A stretch of 64,000 nt of DNA from a virus. The stretch lies in the IMG/VR virus record IMGVR_UViG_3300032084_001411, positions 2,484 through 66,483 of that record. One strand, given 5' to 3'. The position numbers were made by a program, and so were the translations under genes. Below, in pieces: positions 24,101 to 33,900 of the stretch. The number at the start of each line of letters is the position of its first letter. Position 1 is the stretch's first letter. Below the pieces are notes generated by a model that saw only the letters and a program-made list of their open reading frames with translations, was not told where the DNA came from and made no database searches.

Positions 24101-26188
24101 AGTCTCTTTCTCGAAGATTGCATTGGGCACTTCAGCGTTATTTTTCATAACCTTAATAGCTTTTACAGCTTCGTACTCACTAATCTCTTCAGCAGCTTTT
24201 TGGTTTTCTTTTTGCTGCTGCTCGGGGGCAACATCTGGGTCCCTAGCGAGTCTTTGAGGAGGGACTTCTACATCTCTATTAATAAGTTTAGCGTATTTCT
24301 TCCCTAACCTATTTAAAGAAGGAGTATCTGTTTTAACCTGTCTATCTTCTTTAAAATCATTAAATATCTCACCCACTAAAGCATCACGAGTTCTAGGGTT
24401 AGATAAAAGTTGATTAATGACCTCTTTAACGCCATCCTCAATACCAGCATCTAATCTTTTCTGTAAGTGATTAACTAGTTCAGGATTCTTCCCTTCTAAA
24501 GTTGCTACTTCATCGGGAGCAAAAAATCCTGTTTCCTTTAAATTACGCACTAAATCTGCAGTAGCTTTAGCTTTAGTTTCTTTTTTAGTGTGAGGTGATT
24601 TAATTTTCTTAATAGCTTGATTGGCTTGCTCTACACTTTTCCCAGTAAAGTTTAATTTATTTTTATTTCTACTAATTTTAGTTAAAGTATTACCAAGCTC
24701 CTGATTATCTGGTAACTGAGATAACCAATTGTCTGCTTGCTCTATAACTTCTTTTTGTCTAAGCACTTCAGCAATAGGGGTATTTTTATCAGATTTAATC
24801 TTACGCTTAGCAATTTTAAGAAGCTCGGCTCTAGAAGGCTCGTTAATCTTCGTTAACTCCGCAGGAATAGGTTTTGCTTCTGCTTTAGTTTCTGCAGTTA
24901 AAGAAGGTGTCTTTTCAGTTGGGCTTTGAACAGTTTCTTCTTTAGTCCGGTCTATATTGTACCTATCAAGAATTTGATTCGCTATATCACGTTTTGTTTT
25001 ACCTTCAATAGCTACCGGGTCAATACCGGCATTTTCTACAGCACGAGTAACCAGTTCTGCTTTAGGAAGTCTTAATAACCTATTGGTCATCTGCTTAGGA
25101 GTGCCTCTAGCTACTTCTTCAGGGTAAGTAATTTTCTGGGCAGTTCTAACTTTAGATTCGAGTTTTCGGTCTTTTTCCGGCTCTTCTGGGTCTTTTATAG
25201 GTGAATTAGGGCCACTTTCAGGGTCAATAGCTGTAATTTCGCTTAAAATAGCCTCGGGGTCAGTACCAGTACCCTCTATTAGGCCCATAGAAGCCTCAGG
25301 AGAGCCTTGAACGATATTCTCTAGGGCGGGCTGCACGATAGCCTGTGGAGCGCCTGTAAGAGCTTCTAAACCGATTTCCACCCCTATCGAGGCTGGGTCG
25401 GTTATTTCCCCTTCTGATACAAGTTGGGCAGAAGCCTCTCCAGAACCACCTAAAGCAGCTTGTGCAGCTACCTCAGCAGCAAGACCGCCTTTTCCTAACT
25501 GTAATAGTCTTCCTGCAATACCAAAGGATACTGAGTCAAACATACCAATAGGCACACCGCGTTCTAAACCTTTTTGTTTAAGTTTAGGGCCTATTTCAGG
25601 ATGTGTTATAACTAATTCTATCTGTTCCGGGTCAGTTATATCTACTCCGTTCTCAGCCATAGTTTGTAGAATAGTAGAACCGTATTCTGCTGCGCCTGTA
25701 ATACCGCCAAAAACAGCAGAACCAATAGCTCTAGCAGCTTCTTTTTTAATAGGTTTCTTAATAGGCGCAGTTAAAACCCCTCCAGTACCAATAGCAGTAG
25801 CTCCGGCAGCGATGGATGTAGGTAAAGATTCTCCTAAAAGAGAGACTGCAGCTTTAGGGTCTTTTACTAAATTAAGAAGGGTGTCAGGAATACTTTCAGA
25901 CTCCATGATAGCGTTGATTCTATTTTGGAGTTCCGGGTCCTCAGAACGAAGCTCATTGGCTCGTTTAATATTTTCGGTAGCGCCTTCGATGTCCCCAACT
26001 AAAAGTTGGCCACTAGCAAGAGCAGACTTTGCACCTGCTTTTGTACGGTTATAGATATCACCTACAGCGCCAGTTTTTTTTGATTGGTATTTAGAATAGA
26101 AATCGTTAAATTTGTCGTCATCAAAAGCTACCCCCCGTTTAGTGAGATAGTCTTTTAAAATTAACTGTTCTTTAACTGTATCATCCAT
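21113..26188 (-). CDS. large internal virion (ejection) protein
   Basis: 1691 aa, Ala/Gly-rich N-terminus and helical C-terminus; last of the internal virion gene block. Confidence 0.7.
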   Translation of the reverse strand: MDDTVKEQLILKDYLTKRGVAFDDDKFNDFYSKYQSKKTGAVGDIYNRTKAGAKSALASGQLLVGDIEGATENIKRANELRSEDPELQNRINAIMESESIPDTLLNLVKDPKAAVSLLGESLPTSIAAGATAIGTGGVLTAPIKKPIKKEAARAIGSAVFGGITGAAEYGSTILQTMAENGVDITDPEQIELVITHPEIGPKLKQKGLERGVPIGMFDSVSFGIAGRLLQLGKGGLAAEVAAQAALGGSGEASAQLVSEGEITDPASIGVEIGLEALTGAPQAIVQPALENIVQGSPEASMGLIEGTGTDPEAILSEITAIDPESGPNSPIKDPEEPEKDRKLESKVRTAQKITYPEEVARGTPKQMTNRLLRLPKAELVTRAVENAGIDPVAIEGKTKRDIANQILDRYNIDRTKEETVQSPTEKTPSLTAETKAEAKPIPAELTKINEPSRAELLKIAKRKIKSDKNTPIAEVLRQKEVIEQADNWLSQLPDNQELGNTLTKISRNKNKLNFTGKSVEQANQAIKKIKSPHTKKETKAKATADLVRNLKETGFFAPDEVATLEGKNPELVNHLQKRLDAGIEDGVKEVINQLLSNPRTRDALVGEIFNDFKEDRQVKTDTPSLNRLGKKYAKLINRDVEVPPQRLARDPDVAPEQQQKENQKAAEEISEYEAVKAIKVMKNNAEVPNAIFEKETYDLDRNSYKKSGIGSTYKSMLRSFDFLKTMGAKARSEPIFAPFFQLYRAKDAFREQLFRQHLNDFILLKEQHGIKRLEGASAVLDILAGPHNKNGAQFIETNEAGQVRFTDVDGTKKLVDLSTSQAIQDLQKLFKQQLLIEMQTFKNKAADTYGFGKEAQRDELLDTIEELRALGEDNKAKKLEELVEIFDKMEKLYRSKKAYFPHTRNRGPYAIATYRRTGDDAEKFELAGLYSIKSDKFGNIDRTDESEVRQRIQDDQEKYGEVFVTSKGEAVTGAQPFLMTYEDLRKNIMRDAKNPNIAYEALSNLLTNKNIDPEVLNKVFDEVSFDSETERFFLNYRDKKNYYGYDIDDPISSMLDSLNARSAMLTRFQYQQPMTKLYAQATQDLQKLGKAGRKSLRQLDDYYNYMSTPADDAAKIREITFWYFLAGNPSTSLLQLMSTYMNTLPWLAQYQGPVGFIQSNVKSFTTSLYKAGKIQANKALLTSRTIPEFSKKVGLSETDSKALLSLYERGVLDPGYAIDAVNYSRNQEKQRKILRGQDGLPAGLETVRNVGQGMIQVTEDVARLNTALLVLDSIKKPRKFQQIGKLLHNNDPLFRELVKSKYEGRITKEAVLEHAIDENHAIFGKNPRPSGLRSRAGAGLFAFLQYPISVLEQMVRLLTTRGVAGKKAALNMILVYPILFGGMTAIPGYETWDWMTKWLQRLLGEGGGPTNLDLLLVNGMDELGWNPTMKDAVMKGSILSAGADVDASTRISVQFPLQPFLDVFLSPESNGMTSQSQALQFLGPLATIPTGAMNMLNRIEGGDNAGEAFVDSLAPIWFRNIKKAEDLRKGELRNIRGKKIIEGPESNPELYGGSASDEYIRQLMGLRPSVVSEATRAHYYQSVEQGSDRTGRTKTYSKVAKALAAKRNGEPNASKELAKALHEAWKYNKNSDTPKSRKEFVRALKQSVRGRMESEIQPLKQRRPISKDRRISEDVTRFGLPRIQGQVQNKE

Positions 26189-26199
26189 TAAAGCTCTTT

Positions 26200-28677
26200 T
26201 TATTCTGCAAGCTCTCGAAGTAAGTCTTCAACAGCGTCTACGTCCAAATCAGCAGTGGGGTCAAAATCTAAACCACCATCACTACCGCCTTTAATTTTCT
26301 CTTCAAGTTTTCTTTCTTCTAGTTTAAGTTTTTCTTCTTGAATTCTTAACCTTCCTGCTTGATAAGGAGTCAGCCCATTTCCTTTTTCTGCATTCTGTCG
26401 GACTTGTTCTATGTATGCTTGTGCTTTTATATAAGCAATGTAATCTTGGAATTGCTGCCGTTTTAAATCTGCAGCTACTTTAGCTTCTTCGAGTTTTCTA
26501 CGTTTTGCATCTCCAGCAGCCCTAGTACCTGTACTAAGACCTGCCATCAATTTATCACCTGAATCTCCTTCAGTCGCTAACATAGTTAGCCCGGCTATCA
26601 ATAAAGGCATATTAATTCCTTTAGAGTTTGGCTCTTCTTTAGGCTGCTGAGGGGCAGTAGGAGTTAGCCAAGGCGGGAGATTGGGGTATTGGAGGGTATT
26701 TCTACGTTGCGTATTCGAGGGTCTCGGTTCGTCTTGCAAAAGAGACTCTTCTACAGGGGCCAGCCCCGGAACATTATTTCGGTCAAAATTCCTTAAATCA
26801 GCTTCAGTGAGAGGGCGGTTCTCTAAATCTTCAGGGGTTAGAGGTTGGTCTTTCCCTAAAAGAGCGCCTATATCATCTTTCAATGATGCTTCTTTCTTAA
26901 CCTTTTCAAAAGAGGTTTTAGCTTGTTCCGCTGCCGCTGCTTCTTCTGCTAAATTACGAGTTTTAACTTCCTTTTCTGGGCGCAAGAATGCGTCTACCAT
27001 TTTAGGATGCACCCACTCACCAAAATTCTCAAGCCCTTCAACAGGAGCTAAAAGTGTGTCAGCTAGAGCAGCAGGGGTTGACGCAATAGAATTGACAATA
27101 TGTCTACCAACATTACCCATTTTAGAATTCTCGTCAGAAATACCCGCTTCTTGAGTATAATCTCTTAACTCTCGAAGCTTCTTTCTAAAATCGGTAACTG
27201 CCCCGCCATCTTTAAATCCAAAAGAACTTAGGAAGCTGCCGAAATTAATGGGAGGACTAACTTGACTATCTAACCCATAGAACCCTTCTGGGTTAGGAAT
27301 TCTTGTAGGGCCGATAGGAGAAGTATAATTATCCTCATCAATACCATCTAAACCACCTTTAAATAAGCGGCTAAGCATATTCCCGTCACCTTTAGTGAAA
27401 CTATAATCTGAATCATTAAATTGAGATAAAAGCTCCTCTAACCCTAATGCATCAATTTCAGGAGTAGAAGAAGTAGTAAGAGGTAATGACGGGAGGCCGG
27501 GGAAACTAGGGCGACCTGTAGGGGATACTGGAGCTAAGCGAGCTTTTGAAGCTAGGTTACTAGAAACTGGACCCCCGTCCCTCATCTCTACAGCTTGTCC
27601 GTAATCAACAGTTTTAATACCTTCGACTTCCCCAACTGCTTCTGGTTTAACCTGTTCGACATCTTGAGCAATCAAACCTATTTGAGGAGTATCGTCACCC
27701 ACATAATTATAAGAATACACAGGAAGACCGTTATCTAACTCACCTACTTGTTCTATATTTTCTTTTACTCTTTCATCTGAAAAGAGACCTGCTATAGAAG
27801 CTACAGAAGAGGCAATACCTGCAATATTGCCAAGGGTACTCGAACCGCCGCTACCTCCAGTTTGTTGGGTTTGGGTTGTTTGCCCTCCTGCATAAGCGCC
27901 AGTTAACGGGTTCAAGATATTGGCTAGGAAATTTACATTTTCATAAGGGAAAGCTTGTTCTCTATCGAATTCTTGGTAATCAAAGTCAAGTTCGTCTTGC
28001 TCTCGTAGGCGTTGAAGCTCTCCTTGTCTAAGAAGCTGGCCAATATCTGCTTGGTCGTAAGCTTGGCCTTGTGTAGCAGTATTTAGCCCTTGGGAGATTC
28101 CAGTACTTAAAGCTTCCGTACCTACATTAAATTGATTTTGTGCGTTATTAAATGCATCAAAACGACCACGATAATCTAAATCTTGTATATCTTCTGCTAA
28201 TTGTTCATCTGCTAGAGCTTGTCTAATTGCTACACGAGAACCGCCAAAAGCATTAATAAGACCTGCTTCTTGGTCTCTAGCAGCTTGTTGGCGATTAAAT
28301 TCATCTATAGTGCCTCTCTTAGAAATGTCGAGAACATTATCTAGATAGGGATTCATATATTGCTGAATATCAGAAGTAGTGGGACCTTGAGCGCGTCTAA
28401 TTAAGTCATACACACTGTTAGAAGTAGAAGTTAGTAGGTCTTGATAGCGGCCAGTGGCGTTTCTAGATAAATCAAAGGCAGTTTGTGTATCTGGGGTAAA
28501 TTCAGCAACACGTTGACCAGTATAGGGAGTAAACTCTGCTTTTGAAGCTGTTTCCGCTCTTTTAGCAAGACCTTTATTTCTTGAATCTAGCCAAGAAGGA
28601 ACTTGAACTGTGTTAATAGCCGTTGCTTGAGGCTGGTCTTCGCCCCCACCTAACAATCCGCCAACTAAACCACTCAT
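26200..28677 (-). CDS. internal virion/DNA transfer protein with embedded peptidase S74 (intramolecular chaperone) domain
   Basis: YTGQRVAEFT, QYMNPY, AFGGSR, DFDYQEF motifs; FSDERVKENI..VYSYNY..QIGLIAQDVE..VDY. Confidence 0.8.
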   Translation of the reverse strand: MSGLVGGLLGGGEDQPQATAINTVQVPSWLDSRNKGLAKRAETASKAEFTPYTGQRVAEFTPDTQTAFDLSRNATGRYQDLLTSTSNSVYDLIRRAQGPTTSDIQQYMNPYLDNVLDISKRGTIDEFNRQQAARDQEAGLINAFGGSRVAIRQALADEQLAEDIQDLDYRGRFDAFNNAQNQFNVGTEALSTGISQGLNTATQGQAYDQADIGQLLRQGELQRLREQDELDFDYQEFDREQAFPYENVNFLANILNPLTGAYAGGQTTQTQQTGGSGGSSTLGNIAGIASSVASIAGLFSDERVKENIEQVGELDNGLPVYSYNYVGDDTPQIGLIAQDVEQVKPEAVGEVEGIKTVDYGQAVEMRDGGPVSSNLASKARLAPVSPTGRPSFPGLPSLPLTTSSTPEIDALGLEELLSQFNDSDYSFTKGDGNMLSRLFKGGLDGIDEDNYTSPIGPTRIPNPEGFYGLDSQVSPPINFGSFLSSFGFKDGGAVTDFRKKLRELRDYTQEAGISDENSKMGNVGRHIVNSIASTPAALADTLLAPVEGLENFGEWVHPKMVDAFLRPEKEVKTRNLAEEAAAAEQAKTSFEKVKKEASLKDDIGALLGKDQPLTPEDLENRPLTEADLRNFDRNNVPGLAPVEESLLQDEPRPSNTQRRNTLQYPNLPPWLTPTAPQQPKEEPNSKGINMPLLIAGLTMLATEGDSGDKLMAGLSTGTRAAGDAKRRKLEEAKVAADLKRQQFQDYIAYIKAQAYIEQVRQNAEKGNGLTPYQAGRLRIQEEKLKLEERKLEEKIKGGSDGGLDFDPTADLDVDAVEDLLRELAE

Positions 28678-28692
28678 AATGTATCCTTCTTC

Positions 28693-29172
28693 CTATTGTC
28701 TTTTCTTTGTTACCCAAAAACCTATGGGTTGATAATCCCGTTTTCTTAGCATCTTATATTTACGCTCTACATCTTTCGTTGTAAAGAACAGTAAACTTAA
28801 AGGTAACCCATTAATTTTAGCAAATTCTTCAGCTACAGACAACATCCGAGAAAATGCTTTATAAGACCGGAACTCTTTCTTTATATAAAAAAGCACATCT
28901 AACATAGTCTCTTCTTCTGTCCACCAAAAAGAATCAATTATTAAACCTAGAACTCCCACGATAATATCGTTATTAACATATACTAAAAGAGTTCTATCCT
29001 CTATTAAACTACTTAATCGTGCGTGTACTTTCTTTCTAGATGGTTTTGGGAAGTAATCCCACTCATTTTCTTTTGGTATCTGGAGAGCCAGTTCTACACA
29101 GGCATCTAAATCTTCTTCACCCGCCAGTCGTACATTGAAAGGCGATTGTCTTGGTTTTTCCTCACTTGGCAT
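28693..29172 (-). CDS. GNAT-family acetyltransferase-like protein
   Basis: VRLAGEEDL, VGVLGL, FYIKKEFRS, AEEFAK; position typical of podoviral morphogenesis GNATs. Confidence 0.75.
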   Translation of the reverse strand: MPSEEKPRQSPFNVRLAGEEDLDACVELALQIPKENEWDYFPKPSRKKVHARLSSLIEDRTLLVYVNNDIIVGVLGLIIDSFWWTEEETMLDVLFYIKKEFRSYKAFSRMLSVAEEFAKINGLPLSLLFFTTKDVERKYKMLRKRDYQPIGFWVTKKRQ

Positions 29173-29176
29173 TAAA

Positions 29177-29485
29177 TTATTCCTTTTCTATCCGGGGTTG
29201 CTCCTCTAATAACAATTCTCCTGTTATTAAAATATTTTCGGCAAATGATGCTGCAGTCTCTCTATCCATAGCATCAATTAAACCAAAAATCTCTTCTAGA
29301 AAGTTAAGACCGGGGTCAGTTGCACCTCCTCCTAACTTAGAAACCTGCTCAGCATTTACAACAAACTCTCCTTCAGACAACATAGCAGGTATATCATCAG
29401 ATACACCTGTACTCTCACCCGTATTAACAGGCTGCTGTTGGGTTTTCATTGTATTTAGATATGATAAAAGCGGGTTTTGTTCCAT
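29177..29485 (-). CDS. small virion-associated protein with SDDIPAMLSEGEFVV motif
   Basis: TGVSDDIPAMLSEGEFVVNAEQV. Confidence 0.7.
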   Translation of the reverse strand: MEQNPLLSYLNTMKTQQQPVNTGESTGVSDDIPAMLSEGEFVVNAEQVSKLGGGATDPGLNFLEEIFGLIDAMDRETAASFAENILITGELLLEEQPRIEKE

Positions 29486-29516
29486 AATTATCTATTTTAC
29501 CTTATTTTCCTGTGTT

Positions 29517-30689
29517 CTAGCCATCAACATCTCGAACTAACTTACCACTAAATCTACATCTAACACTAGTATCGTTTGCACTTGTATCTGCAGTAAACCA
29601 TAATATAGATTTTTCACCTATTGGGAAAGGCTCAGGCGGGTGTACTATTAAATGCTCAGATACTGCCGTATCTGTACCATCCCGGTATACCTCTTGAATC
29701 GCATTATTAACGGCAGAATATACCATTCCTTTAAAAGTAACTTCAGGGCTTCCCCCGCCAGAAGATTTAAGCGCGTTAAACCAGAGCCATGTCCCTAAAA
29801 ACTGATAATTTCTAGGAATATAAAAAATAGCTTGTTGCGTAACCCCGCCTCCAGCAGGCATTTCTGCCATAATCGCAGAACTAGTAGTACTAGATATAGT
29901 AATAGTTCCTGCATTAGTCTGGCCTGTACCAGCAAGAAATATAGCTATGCGATTAATACCTATCCACTGAGAAGAAGTAGTAACTGTAGTAGTACCATCC
30001 ATCGTAACTACTTCAGTTTGCTCGTCCCAATTCTCATCAACACCATAAACAACAATACTGTTGACTCCTGTGCTGCCATCATCATCGGCAACGTTATCTG
30101 ACACTATATCTATAGTCTCTCCAGTAGTTAAAAAAGTAAATACGCCGCTAGTACTAGGCCCCCAAGAAGCAATGACTGCATCTCCGTCTGCAGTATCAAT
30201 ATCCTCGTTATACCCAAACTTATTCCAAGTACTTACCCCTTGCCTTCTATTTAAAGCCACTTCTGTTGTAAAATCTGTTGGCCTAACTGAAATGGCATCG
30301 TAGTCTTGGGACATAGTTGCGTCTACAGGAATATTTAAATCAGCTTTATCCCCGTAAATAGTTTGTAGCCTAAAATAAGTCTGATTTGTACCGCTATTAT
30401 TATAAAAAACAACCCTAAAATACCTTCTGGTGATAGTGAACCTGTGCGGAACATTTATTTGACTTGTTCGATAGTACCTTGTAAGAGTGCTATCTACATT
30501 TGTACCATCCGGGGAAAATTGAATTTCATAATAACCGTTTTGGTCTGTAGCAACAGATACAACAACACAATTATAAGTGCCGACATCTTCCCATTGACCA
30601 GTAAAATTACTCCCTGTATTTATAGCTGCTGTTGAACTATTATCAGAAGAAAGCATAGAATTTCGGAAACTTCTACTCATTAGTACCAC
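29517..30689 (-). CDS. putative virion structural protein
   Basis: Ser/Thr-rich beta protein, NKFGYNEDID motif. Confidence 0.7.
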   Translation of the reverse strand: MVLMSRSFRNSMLSSDNSSTAAINTGSNFTGQWEDVGTYNCVVVSVATDQNGYYEIQFSPDGTNVDSTLTRYYRTSQINVPHRFTITRRYFRVVFYNNSGTNQTYFRLQTIYGDKADLNIPVDATMSQDYDAISVRPTDFTTEVALNRRQGVSTWNKFGYNEDIDTADGDAVIASWGPSTSGVFTFLTTGETIDIVSDNVADDDGSTGVNSIVVYGVDENWDEQTEVVTMDGTTTVTTSSQWIGINRIAIFLAGTGQTNAGTITISSTTSSAIMAEMPAGGGVTQQAIFYIPRNYQFLGTWLWFNALKSSGGGSPEVTFKGMVYSAVNNAIQEVYRDGTDTAVSEHLIVHPPEPFPIGEKSILWFTADTSANDTSVRCRFSGKLVRDVDG

Positions 30690-31114
30690 CCTTCCGTTTC
30701 ATCATAAGCAACAACTAAAGCTTCCCCATCTGCTACATTAAAAGTAGAATTAACTCCTAAAAGTAACTCAGCCCCATTAGGGGTAACCACAATATTATTA
30801 CCGGAAGTACCTGTGTTAACTAATCGGAACTGCCCACCTGCAACTCCAACAGGTAAAGTAACAGTTACGTCCCCAGAATCCGTATCTACAAAAATATGAT
30901 AACTATTATAACTAAGTGTAACATCAGCGCTTACAGAAATTGTCGTATTAGTGGTTCCACCTAATCCAGTATCTACTACAGATTGAAACATAGAAAGTTG
31001 TTGTTCAATATCTCTGTGCAAATCACGTATGTACCGATTAGCATCCTCTATATCTGTAAAAGACTCAGGAGGAGATACAATAGTAATAATAGGGGGTTTT
31101 ACTAAAGTTGGCAT
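30680..31114 (-). CDS. putative tail protein
   Basis: Coiled coil plus VDTDSGDVTVTLP fibre-type domain. Confidence 0.6.
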   Translation of the reverse strand: MPTLVKPPIITIVSPPESFTDIEDANRYIRDLHRDIEQQLSMFQSVVDTGLGGTTNTTISVSADVTLSYNSYHIFVDTDSGDVTVTLPVGVAGGQFRLVNTGTSGNNIVVTPNGAELLLGVNSTFNVADGEALVVAYDETEGWY

Positions 31115-32916
31115 TATCTTTTCCCGCTTTCTTGTACTGAAGCTAATACTTCACCTAAACGAAAATCACCGTTAAAAGTATCACTAGTCACTGTATATTT
31201 CATATATCTACCTCTAGCCCTAGTAAATATTTGATTAGTTGTCGGGGTAAAAGAATAGTTCTTTGTGAAGATTTCAGTAGAATTAGGAAACTTCTTATAA
31301 GATAAATCAAAAGATAGCGGGCCAGAGAAAGTTCCATCCATAATAAAACGGTCTACAAACAACATTTGGTTACCTTCTTGAACTTTGAAAAACCCGGTAG
31401 TAATGTAAGAATTCATATTACTGCCATCATCATTCTTCCCTGTCTCATGAGAATAAAGAGTACCTGTAATACTAAAAGCGTAAGGAGTATCGTAAACAAA
31501 AGCATCCTGCCAAGCAGTACGTTCCATTAAACCATCAGAAAAAACATTGTCTTTATAATTATAGATTATATACCTATTAATTTCAGTATTATCTTTATCA
31601 GGCAAGAAGAACCAAATTTCATCGAACTCACGATTCCTACCTGCAAAACACTTTACTCGTTGTTCTGAGTTAAAATACCCGTCATTATTACTGTCAAAAT
31701 AGAATAAATCCAGTGTAGAAGGTAGGATACGAACTACCCCATCATAAACACGAAGCCCCTCCTCACTCATCCAAAAGACCCGGCCATCAACTTCTACAAC
31801 TGCTTTAGGGCTAACAATACCAGAAGTATCGGAGACCAATGTAACTTCATACACAAGGTCATCATTACGGGGGCGCATTCTATATACCGCTTTATCTGTA
31901 AATACTAAAATCTCACCGTTACGGGTTTCTACCGCACTTATGATTCGTGTACCTTTAGTTAATCTAAACTCTCCAGCGATAGAACCTGCTACTGTAGCAT
32001 CAAAATCTGTAAAATCTTCTCTATCAGACCAACGAATAAGCAAAGGGTCGAAAACACTAGATACAGTCTCTGTACCAAATAGAATACACTGCCTAAAGAA
32101 CCCACTTACAATCATCCAATTAGATTGACTAGGCGCTGTAGCTACTACAGAAGCTCTGGTTCCTGTTCCTACAGATGTATCCCAAAAATATAATTTCCCG
32201 CCCGTTGGGAGAGCCAGTAAATCTTCCCCCCAGTTTTGAGTAGACCAAACACGAGCCTCTGAGGTTACTCCAGAAGTACGGGGTGAACCCCACGTACTCG
32301 TACCCCATGTACTTGTGCCCCAGCCCAGCCCTGCTGACCCAGAATCACAGAGACCAGATTCTAATAGGTATTCAATATCAAAACTACCGCCACCCGTACC
32401 AGTACCAGTAGCATTCGTCCCCGCATCGATAACATAGTTATCCGCATCAGTTACTTCAGTAACTTCATATTCCCCAGAAAAAGTGATGCCATTATAAGTT
32501 ACATCGGCTGGGAAGTTAATAAAATCCCCAACTAAAGCACTGTGAAGCGTATCGTTTATAGAAACTTCGCTAGACCCGCTAGAGGTAGTCAAAGGGTCAA
32601 CTAAAGATTCAGTATCTCGAATAGGAGTTATATCATAATATGTACCATCTTCTCGAATATATAAATGGTTATGCGTCCCTACTGCCATTAAAAGAGTAGC
32701 GTCCAACGTTTGCCACGTTTGGATAGAACGAGCGCACCCTACAATACTATTAGAAGAAATCTCAGAGGACCAACCCCCTAACTTCTGGGGTCGTCTTTCT
32801 CTGAACCGAACATGGTTACAGTCAACATAAAAACTCTCCGATTCAACCGGAGTATAGTTCCGAACGATACCTGCTGGTATATCAACGGGTACTAATGTTG
32901 ATTTCTTAGCTGTCAT
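31114..32916 (-). CDS. tail tubular/nozzle protein (P22 gp10 / T7 gp12-like)
   Basis: 600 aa, WGTSTWG repeats, WGEDLL, IRWSD, ERTAW, ARGR motifs. Confidence 0.75.
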   Translation of the reverse strand: MTAKKSTLVPVDIPAGIVRNYTPVESESFYVDCNHVRFRERRPQKLGGWSSEISSNSIVGCARSIQTWQTLDATLLMAVGTHNHLYIREDGTYYDITPIRDTESLVDPLTTSSGSSEVSINDTLHSALVGDFINFPADVTYNGITFSGEYEVTEVTDADNYVIDAGTNATGTGTGGGSFDIEYLLESGLCDSGSAGLGWGTSTWGTSTWGSPRTSGVTSEARVWSTQNWGEDLLALPTGGKLYFWDTSVGTGTRASVVATAPSQSNWMIVSGFFRQCILFGTETVSSVFDPLLIRWSDREDFTDFDATVAGSIAGEFRLTKGTRIISAVETRNGEILVFTDKAVYRMRPRNDDLVYEVTLVSDTSGIVSPKAVVEVDGRVFWMSEEGLRVYDGVVRILPSTLDLFYFDSNNDGYFNSEQRVKCFAGRNREFDEIWFFLPDKDNTEINRYIIYNYKDNVFSDGLMERTAWQDAFVYDTPYAFSITGTLYSHETGKNDDGSNMNSYITTGFFKVQEGNQMLFVDRFIMDGTFSGPLSFDLSYKKFPNSTEIFTKNYSFTPTTNQIFTRARGRYMKYTVTSDTFNGDFRLGEVLASVQESGKR

Positions 32917-32917
32917 G

Positions 32918-33889
32918 TTACACTCCTGCGTAAATTATGAATTTAACGGCAATAAAAGGATGCATATTGTTGTGGGGGTCATCCCCACCAGTAGAGCCAC
33001 TTTGAACAGAAGTTCCCGCCGCGTTCAATCGCGTTCCGGGGCCGCCAGTGACACTTGCAGCATCAAAACCGTGTGTGTGAGAAGGCATTTCGTCTTCAAT
33101 TAGCGTATGTGTTTCATACCCACCTGTATCGGCTAATGAACGATTAGTTCCAGTTACATCCCCCTCTCCGGTAGTTCCTTGGCCTACACCAAGAGGAGAC
33201 CTACCGTTAAAGTTAGGTACGTTAAATGTAGTAGACCCGTCTCCAGCACCGTAAGTTGTGCCGAGAGCAGAGAATAGAGCGCTGTATGTAGTGCGAGAAA
33301 TAGCCGAACCATCACAAGCTACCCATAAAGATGGAGTAGATGATAACGCGGTCATTTTAATATCGCCAACGTCATGAGTAGAAATAGCCCCAACAGCAGC
33401 ATCTACTTCTGACGTACTGTACACATCAAGATTTGTACGGGCCGTTGAAGCACTAGCCACATCTGACAAATCGTTACTCGAATCTAGGAAAGGTAGAGAC
33501 ACCACTTGAGTCCCGTCACAAAATAGTATAGATACTTTACCAGAGGCGAGTGTCAAAGTATCTCCGCTACCTGTACTTACAATAACAGAACTACTATCAG
33601 AAGTTTGATTGCTCACAAAGTATATTTTTGTAGCAGTAGGGATAGTCACAGTACGTGTCGTTCCCGGAGAACCCGTAAACTCTAAGATAGCGGCGCGAGA
33701 TTCATCTGTTGAACCGTTATTGGTAGATAAAGTTACATTACCTGCAGTAACAGATATAGATGATTTAGCTGCTATAGCATCCTCAAGCAGTTCAAGGGTG
33801 TTAGCATTAAAAATATCACCCCAAGTATTATTATTTTCACCTGTAGCTTGTTTCGCTAATCTCAATAAATCTGAATATGTAGTTGGCAA
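32918..33889 (-). CDS. tail fibre protein with tail-collar domain
   Basis: GENNNTWG N-terminus; WVACDGSAISRTTYSALF..YGAGDGSTTFNVPN. Confidence 0.85.
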   Translation of the reverse strand: MPTTYSDLLRLAKQATGENNNTWGDIFNANTLELLEDAIAAKSSISVTAGNVTLSTNNGSTDESRAAILEFTGSPGTTRTVTIPTATKIYFVSNQTSDSSSVIVSTGSGDTLTLASGKVSILFCDGTQVVSLPFLDSSNDLSDVASASTARTNLDVYSTSEVDAAVGAISTHDVGDIKMTALSSTPSLWVACDGSAISRTTYSALFSALGTTYGAGDGSTTFNVPNFNGRSPLGVGQGTTGEGDVTGTNRSLADTGGYETHTLIEDEMPSHTHGFDAASVTGGPGTRLNAAGTSVQSGSTGGDDPHNNMHPFIAVKFIIYAGV

Positions 33890-33900
33890 TTTAGCTCTCC

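Noticed and set aside
21113-26188. Large ORF as an N4-like virion RNA polymerase
   Set aside because: About half the size of N4 vRNAP and no recognisable polymerase motifs.
26681-27154. 157-aa + strand ORF inside the ejection protein gene, and similar ORFs at 29151, 33609, 34820, 41410 and 45289
   Set aside because: Antisense shadows of well-supported - strand genes.
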